Source of the DNA: Corallochytrium limacisporum Hawaii
Lineage: Eukaryota; Protista; Pluriformea
Assembly: GCA_002811645.1 (NCBI GenBank)
Contig: PDIP01000039.1
Coordinates: 47,061 to 111,060 of the forward strand
DNA: 64,000 nt
Reading direction: 5' to 3'
Positions 59,632-64,000 of this stretch are shown in pieces; position 1 is the stretch's first letter, and each line of letters opens with the position of its first letter. The position numbers were made by a program, and so were the translations under genes. The notes below the pieces were generated by a model. The model saw only the letters and a list, made by a program, of their open reading frames with translations. It ran no database searches and was not told where the DNA came from.

Positions 59632-60174
59632 CTATTCTTGGAACTCGGCGATCATGTCGATCTCGACCGCAACACCGAGAGGGAGAGCAGCAAAACCAGC
59701 TGCCACACGGCAGTGAACACCCTTTTCGCCGAAGATCTCGCCAAGAAGATCAGAACAACCGTTGAGGACTTGAGGCTGCTCGACAAAGTCGGGGGTACTG
59801 TTTACCATTCCGGTGACCTTTACAATGCGCTTAATCTTGTCCAGGTCTCCGAGCTCCTGCTTGAGGGTTGCAACCATACCCATAGTTACAGTACGTGCAA
59901 TCTGGTAGCCTTCGTCAGTCTTCATATCAGCTCCAAGCTTACCAGTGATCAGACTACCATCCTCATTGAAAGGAATATGGCCCGCAAGGAACAGCAAATT
60001 GCCGCTGCGGACGCAGGGAACATAGTTTCCCTTGGGAGGGCCTGGCTTAGGGATCTTCAGGCCCAGCTCTTCAATTTTAGCTTCAATGCTCATGCTTCTG
60101 GAAGAAAGGAGAATAGTGGAGCGATTAACAAGCGAATAAGTGGACCGCGTCTGGAGAATTCGCAGGGTGTTCAT
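59632..60174 (-). CDS. Rid (YjgF/YER057c/UK114) family protein with predicted mitochondrial presequence
   Basis: ELGLKIP...GNYVP..RSGNLLFLAGH, NGCSDLL.EIFGEKGVHCR, LPLGVAVEID; Arg/Ser/Thr-rich acid-free N-terminus. Confidence 0.88.
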   Translation of the reverse strand: MNTLRILQTRSTYSLVNRSTILLSSRSMSIEAKIEELGLKIPKPGPPKGNYVPCVRSGNLLFLAGHIPFNEDGSLITGKLGADMKTDEGYQIARTVTMGMVATLKQELGDLDKIKRIVKVTGMVNSTPDFVEQPQVLNGCSDLLGEIFGEKGVHCRVAAGFAALPLGVAVEIDMIAEFQE

Positions 60175-60834
60175 TGAATACGAGGATCGTCAGCCGCTGG
60201 AATAGTGTACGGGGGTTAGGCTTAGGGTACAAGTTCTGAGTCATTCAGGCACGGGTTGGAACTCTTGTACCTCGTTCGATCGATCAGTTCTCCACACACG
60301 GTACTGAATGAAGTCAAAACAATGACATCAGCAGATTCCTGAGGTCTTATCAAAGCAGCAGTATCCGTCAGCATCAACATCTCATCCCACCGCCCCAGCT
60401 TGATGACGAAGTCGGTGGGTAGGGTTGCGCACTGTGACTGACTTCCCCGGTGGGCCCCGCGACAGCTGTGTAACACAGCAGAGGGCATCAAACAATCCAG
60501 AGAGGGAAAACAAAAAACAGTCATATTTGCGTTGCCCTTCCCTCCAGGAGACGAAAAGCCAGTGCGAGCTGTTGTTGTAGTTCTCCCAAGGCCTCTCGGG
60601 CCGACCGCTCACCACTGGCTGGCTCTGAAGTCAGTGCGGAGCAAAGTTTCCCACCGGAGCCCCTCCGCCGGGGACAGTTTTATACCCAATGTTGGTAGCT
60701 GGCACCTGACGATTATTTCTGTTGGGGGCTAATTTTCTGCACTGCTAGTAGTGCGGGAGGGTACTAAGCCCGTACGGACGTTGATTGGGCTGGCTACGTT
60801 ACAACTATTTCGGGAAGCGTCATGGAACTGTCCA

Positions 60835-61600
60835 ATGAGCAAGCTGTCAGAGCTTACTATGTCCAACACAATTGAACGAAATCTTCACACAAGACTACAT
60901 GAAAGGATGTGACACAGAGTCTTTAAACCTTCAGCGGCAAATGAGTATGTGCGTAATTGCTATAAGTCCTTCAGACATTCTTTGAAGCTAACAATGAGAA
61001 TCTGACAATGGTAGACTTGCTCATAAGGAGCTTTTAAAGACTATTATCGATTCAGAGGGTGCTGTGCAACAGGGAGTCAAGGCATATCAGGCATTCTGCA
61101 ATAGCCATGCCGTCTTGAAGGACCTGTTGGGACAGCTGGCAAAGAGGACTACCTGCTTTGTACTCTGACGATCGTAGAATGCTGAAACGGGTTCGATTTT
61201 TCTCAAGTTTCTTGTCTTGATGTCGATGTCATTGACTCAGATGGTAGTATTGAGTCCCAAAACCTGGGACATCATTATTGAAACAAGCACTGCAAGAATG
61301 CACGCCAAGACATTGCTGAGCAGGACTGGCCTAGTGGACAAACTGGATTTGATGACTTGGATGTTTTGCTAATGATCTGGAAGAATAGTGACCATACGAA
61401 GTGATAGCATAGGATGGTATTGTATGGAAACATGAAAAAGAATTGACACCAGAGGCCTTTAAGCATCACCAGTCCTGGGCTGCAAATAGAATGCAATAGC
61501 TCGGCATTTGCGATGCTTTGGATTCAATGCCTTCCTTTAACCGCAAGGTCAATTGCACGCAGACCCAAATCTTGGCCGGAGGTACAATTGGGGATCTCGT
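60835..61600 (+). pseudogene. Possible decayed gene with a retained intron-like element (60945-61014)
   Basis: GTATGT 60945, GCTAAC 60987-92, TAG ending 61014; spliced frame reads ...SAANE/LAHKELLKTIIDSEGAVQQGVKAY... but has several stops and apparent frameshifts; family not recognised. Confidence 0.35.
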
Positions 61601-62009
61601 GAACGACAGAACTTAACCCAGTATGTGAATATTAAAGGAGGTACGAACTCTATTGTCCAAGTTCCTGGATACCGGGTACGGATATGGGAGGGTAGGGCGG
61701 AGGGAGAGCCAAATTTTGCGCTATACTCCCCAACGAGTACCCCCGCTCGAGCAACGGAAGCGGCCGCGGCCATACCTGTTACTTTTACGATGGGATTAGC
61801 ACGCCGACTCTATGAGGGTACTCGGGACGTTTGAGTGGCCGATATGATTCATTCAACCTTTAGCGCTGTATTTATGCTAGGTGTGGCACCATGGCAGACC
61901 CAGAATGATGTTGAGTGAAAATGTAAACGAATAAAGTATGAACGTCATGTAGGACATTTGCAAAACAGACGACTCACATGAGCATTACAAATACAGTAGC
62001 GTGCTGACA

Positions 62010-64000
62010 ATGCTTTCCAAAGCCTTGATTGGACCTCTTTTTGCTGCTACTGCTACAATAGCGGAAAATGACATCGTTGTCCGTGATCCAGGGGTCGTGG
62101 AAATTTGCCGAGCTGTTCTCGAAGATGATCTCACATGCGACGCTAATGAAACTTGTGAGTCGGACGATCAGCCCGTGGGTTTCAACTTCGAGCACGCCAT
62201 TTGTCTTGCAACTGGGCGCCAGGAGACAGTACCTGCCTTGTTTGCAAGTAGCCGGCAAATCAGTGAAGAGTCAGTGGGGGAACTTGTGACAGTGACGACT
62301 TCTAATGCTTGGGTTCCTGAACAGGAGTTGGCGTTGGGTGGTCGCAAGTTCAGGCTCCTGAGCCGTGTTACAGCACTGAGTTCGACGTACTCGGCACTGG
62401 AGCTATCAAGCGGCTCAGGCACCACTTATTTCATTGATAACCCAACCACAGAGATTCAGAGCATCACTGGCCCATCTGTTGGTGGCTATATATCTGAAGG
62501 AGGTGAGACGACTGCATACACCGCCCTATCAAAGGAGACCACCATCGGACTACCTCGCGGCGGACTCGAGTTTGCATCGTGGGATATTGAGAAAATCACA
62601 GTTCCGCAAATTTGGGGTGGCACTCTCGAAGTTCCTCAAGCAGGGATGGTCACGACGTCGCAGAATCGAGAACGTCTCCTGGAGCTTGGAGCGGAGCAGT
62701 TTGGCGTGAAGAATGAAGTGATGGACCACAACCTCGTACGTCGGTACCGATTGAAACATCGATTTGCCGCTGGTGCATTTGGCGAGATATGGCGAGCACT
62801 GGAGGTTGACGGAGATTCTGTTCGCGACTATGTACTCAAGAGAATGTTTTTGGAACGGGGATCGTACGTATTTTATAGCGGACTAAGGGAAGCGTTTTTC
62901 AGTCATAAGGTCCGTGGTTTTGATACTGTTGTGCCCTGCGAGGAGATTGTTCTGGCCGAACCAGATGGAACTGTCGAGATGTTGTCTTTCAGTGAGCTGC
63001 TGGACCTTGCAAGGATGCAACCTGGTCGAGCCGGGCTGGAGATGTGGTTGCTGTATCCATACGGTGGAGTATCGTTGCATCGAATGCTTTATGATCTAAC
63101 GGATGAGGGTGGTTTTCTGCACTGGCAACGCTCGGAAACTTGGAGAAGGCTACGAGACGGAAAGCATGGTTTGAATTTTTTGAAAAATCTCATGCGTGGT
63201 CTATTTGAAGGTGTGAAGGATGTACACAGTCAAGGGATTCTGCACCGAGACTTAAAGCCAGATAACATTTTGATCGGAGTGGATGCAGGGGGACAGCAAC
63301 TCAGTGGAAAAAGGTCTAGGACTGCGAAATCCCGAGTGAGGCTGGTTGATTTTGGCTCTGCAGTGGCATTTGCTGATGGTCCTGCGGGCACTGCCTATGA
63401 TTTGAACGCTATCCTTTACCCGATACAAGGACCGTCTACTGCGGAGTCTACATTACAGTACGCTCCCCCAGAAGTCACTTTCGGAATCACACCTTTCTCC
63501 TACTTCTATCCAGAAAGCTATGATATGTGGTCCCTTGGTGTGATTCTATTGGAAACCATCTTGGGTACGCCATCAATCTATGACCTAAGTGATCGTGAGA
63601 TGGCCATCCTCAACAATCGGCTTCCAACTGGTATGCAGGCTTCGGAGCGGCAACTGTACGCCACATATCGGTCGCTGCAATTGCTCTGTGTTGCACCTGT
63701 GAATGCATCACTGAACGCGTTCCTGAAATTGAACAGTGGCGTCCTCACCGACGATGAGACCTTGATGTATTGTGATGAGACGACGATGCAAGAGCGAATC
63801 AAACAGTTGGACACCCTGCACCAGGGTGCTCCAAGCGCCTCTGCTGTAGATCTTCTGCGTCACTTGTTGAGTTGGGACCCTGCACTCCGCCCTAACGCAG
63901 CTAGGGTTCTGGGACAACACGTGTTCTTCAACAAGGTAAACTCCTCCCTCGTACAATCAGAAATTGCTGAGTGGGATGATCTGTTGGAATGCCATGAATG
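62010..64000 (+). CDS. Ser/Thr protein kinase with N-terminal extension, 3'-truncated by the window end (absent from the ORF track)
   Basis: Open frame from ATG 62010 to the end: FAAGAFGEIW, YVLKRMF..RG..VFYSGLRE, HRDLKPDN, LVDFGSA, YAPPE, DMWSLG. Confidence 0.88.
   Translation, partial: MLSKALIGPLFAATATIAENDIVVRDPGVVEICRAVLEDDLTCDANETCESDDQPVGFNFEHAICLATGRQETVPALFASSRQISEESVGELVTVTTSNAWVPEQELALGGRKFRLLSRVTALSSTYSALELSSGSGTTYFIDNPTTEIQSITGPSVGGYISEGGETTAYTALSKETTIGLPRGGLEFASWDIEKITVPQIWGGTLEVPQAGMVTTSQNRERLLELGAEQFGVKNEVMDHNLVRRYRLKHRFAAGAFGEIWRALEVDGDSVRDYVLKRMFLERGSYVFYSGLREAFFSHKVRGFDTVVPCEEIVLAEPDGTVEMLSFSELLDLARMQPGRAGLEMWLLYPYGGVSLHRMLYDLTDEGGFLHWQRSETWRRLRDGKHGLNFLKNLMRGLFEGVKDVHSQGILHRDLKPDNILIGVDAGGQQLSGKRSRTAKSRVRLVDFGSAVAFADGPAGTAYDLNAILYPIQGPSTAESTLQYAPPEVTFGITPFSYFYPESYDMWSLGVILLETILGTPSIYDLSDREMAILNNRLPTGMQASERQLYATYRSLQLLCVAPVNASLNAFLKLNSGVLTDDETLMYCDETTMQERIKQLDTLHQGAPSASAVDLLRHLLSWDPALRPNAARVLGQHVFFNKVNSSLVQSEIAEWDDLLECHE

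Overview
Gene-dense, almost intron-free eukaryotic nuclear DNA. I count 26 intact protein-coding genes, one clear spliceosomal intron (ATP synthase beta, GTAAGT...GCTAAC...CAG), three N-gaps and several long low-complexity intergenic tracts. The gene set (ARHGAP12-type SH3-PH-RhoGAP, INSIG, RBMS/Shep, RNF25, ankyrin-NUDT12, enkurin) plus the scarcity of introns suggests a unicellular holozoan such as Corallochytrium; this is inference, not tested. Most genes are housekeeping. Highlights: (1) a bacterial-type membrane fatty-acid desaturase fused in one ORF to a complete DUF1365 (UfaO-like) domain, divergent from a membrane-anchored SAM methyltransferase, a candidate eukaryotic furan/modified fatty-acid system; (2) a full-length, frame-intact enkurin (flagellar) gene interrupted by two in-frame TAG codons and mostly missed by the ORF track, either a fresh pseudogene or a recoded/edited gene; (3) a C2 domain + two-pore K+ channel + EF-hand fusion; (4) a CRT-like transporter; (5) an unannotated kinase running off the right end. 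No tRNA, rRNA, CRISPR array or recognisable transposon was found by eye.
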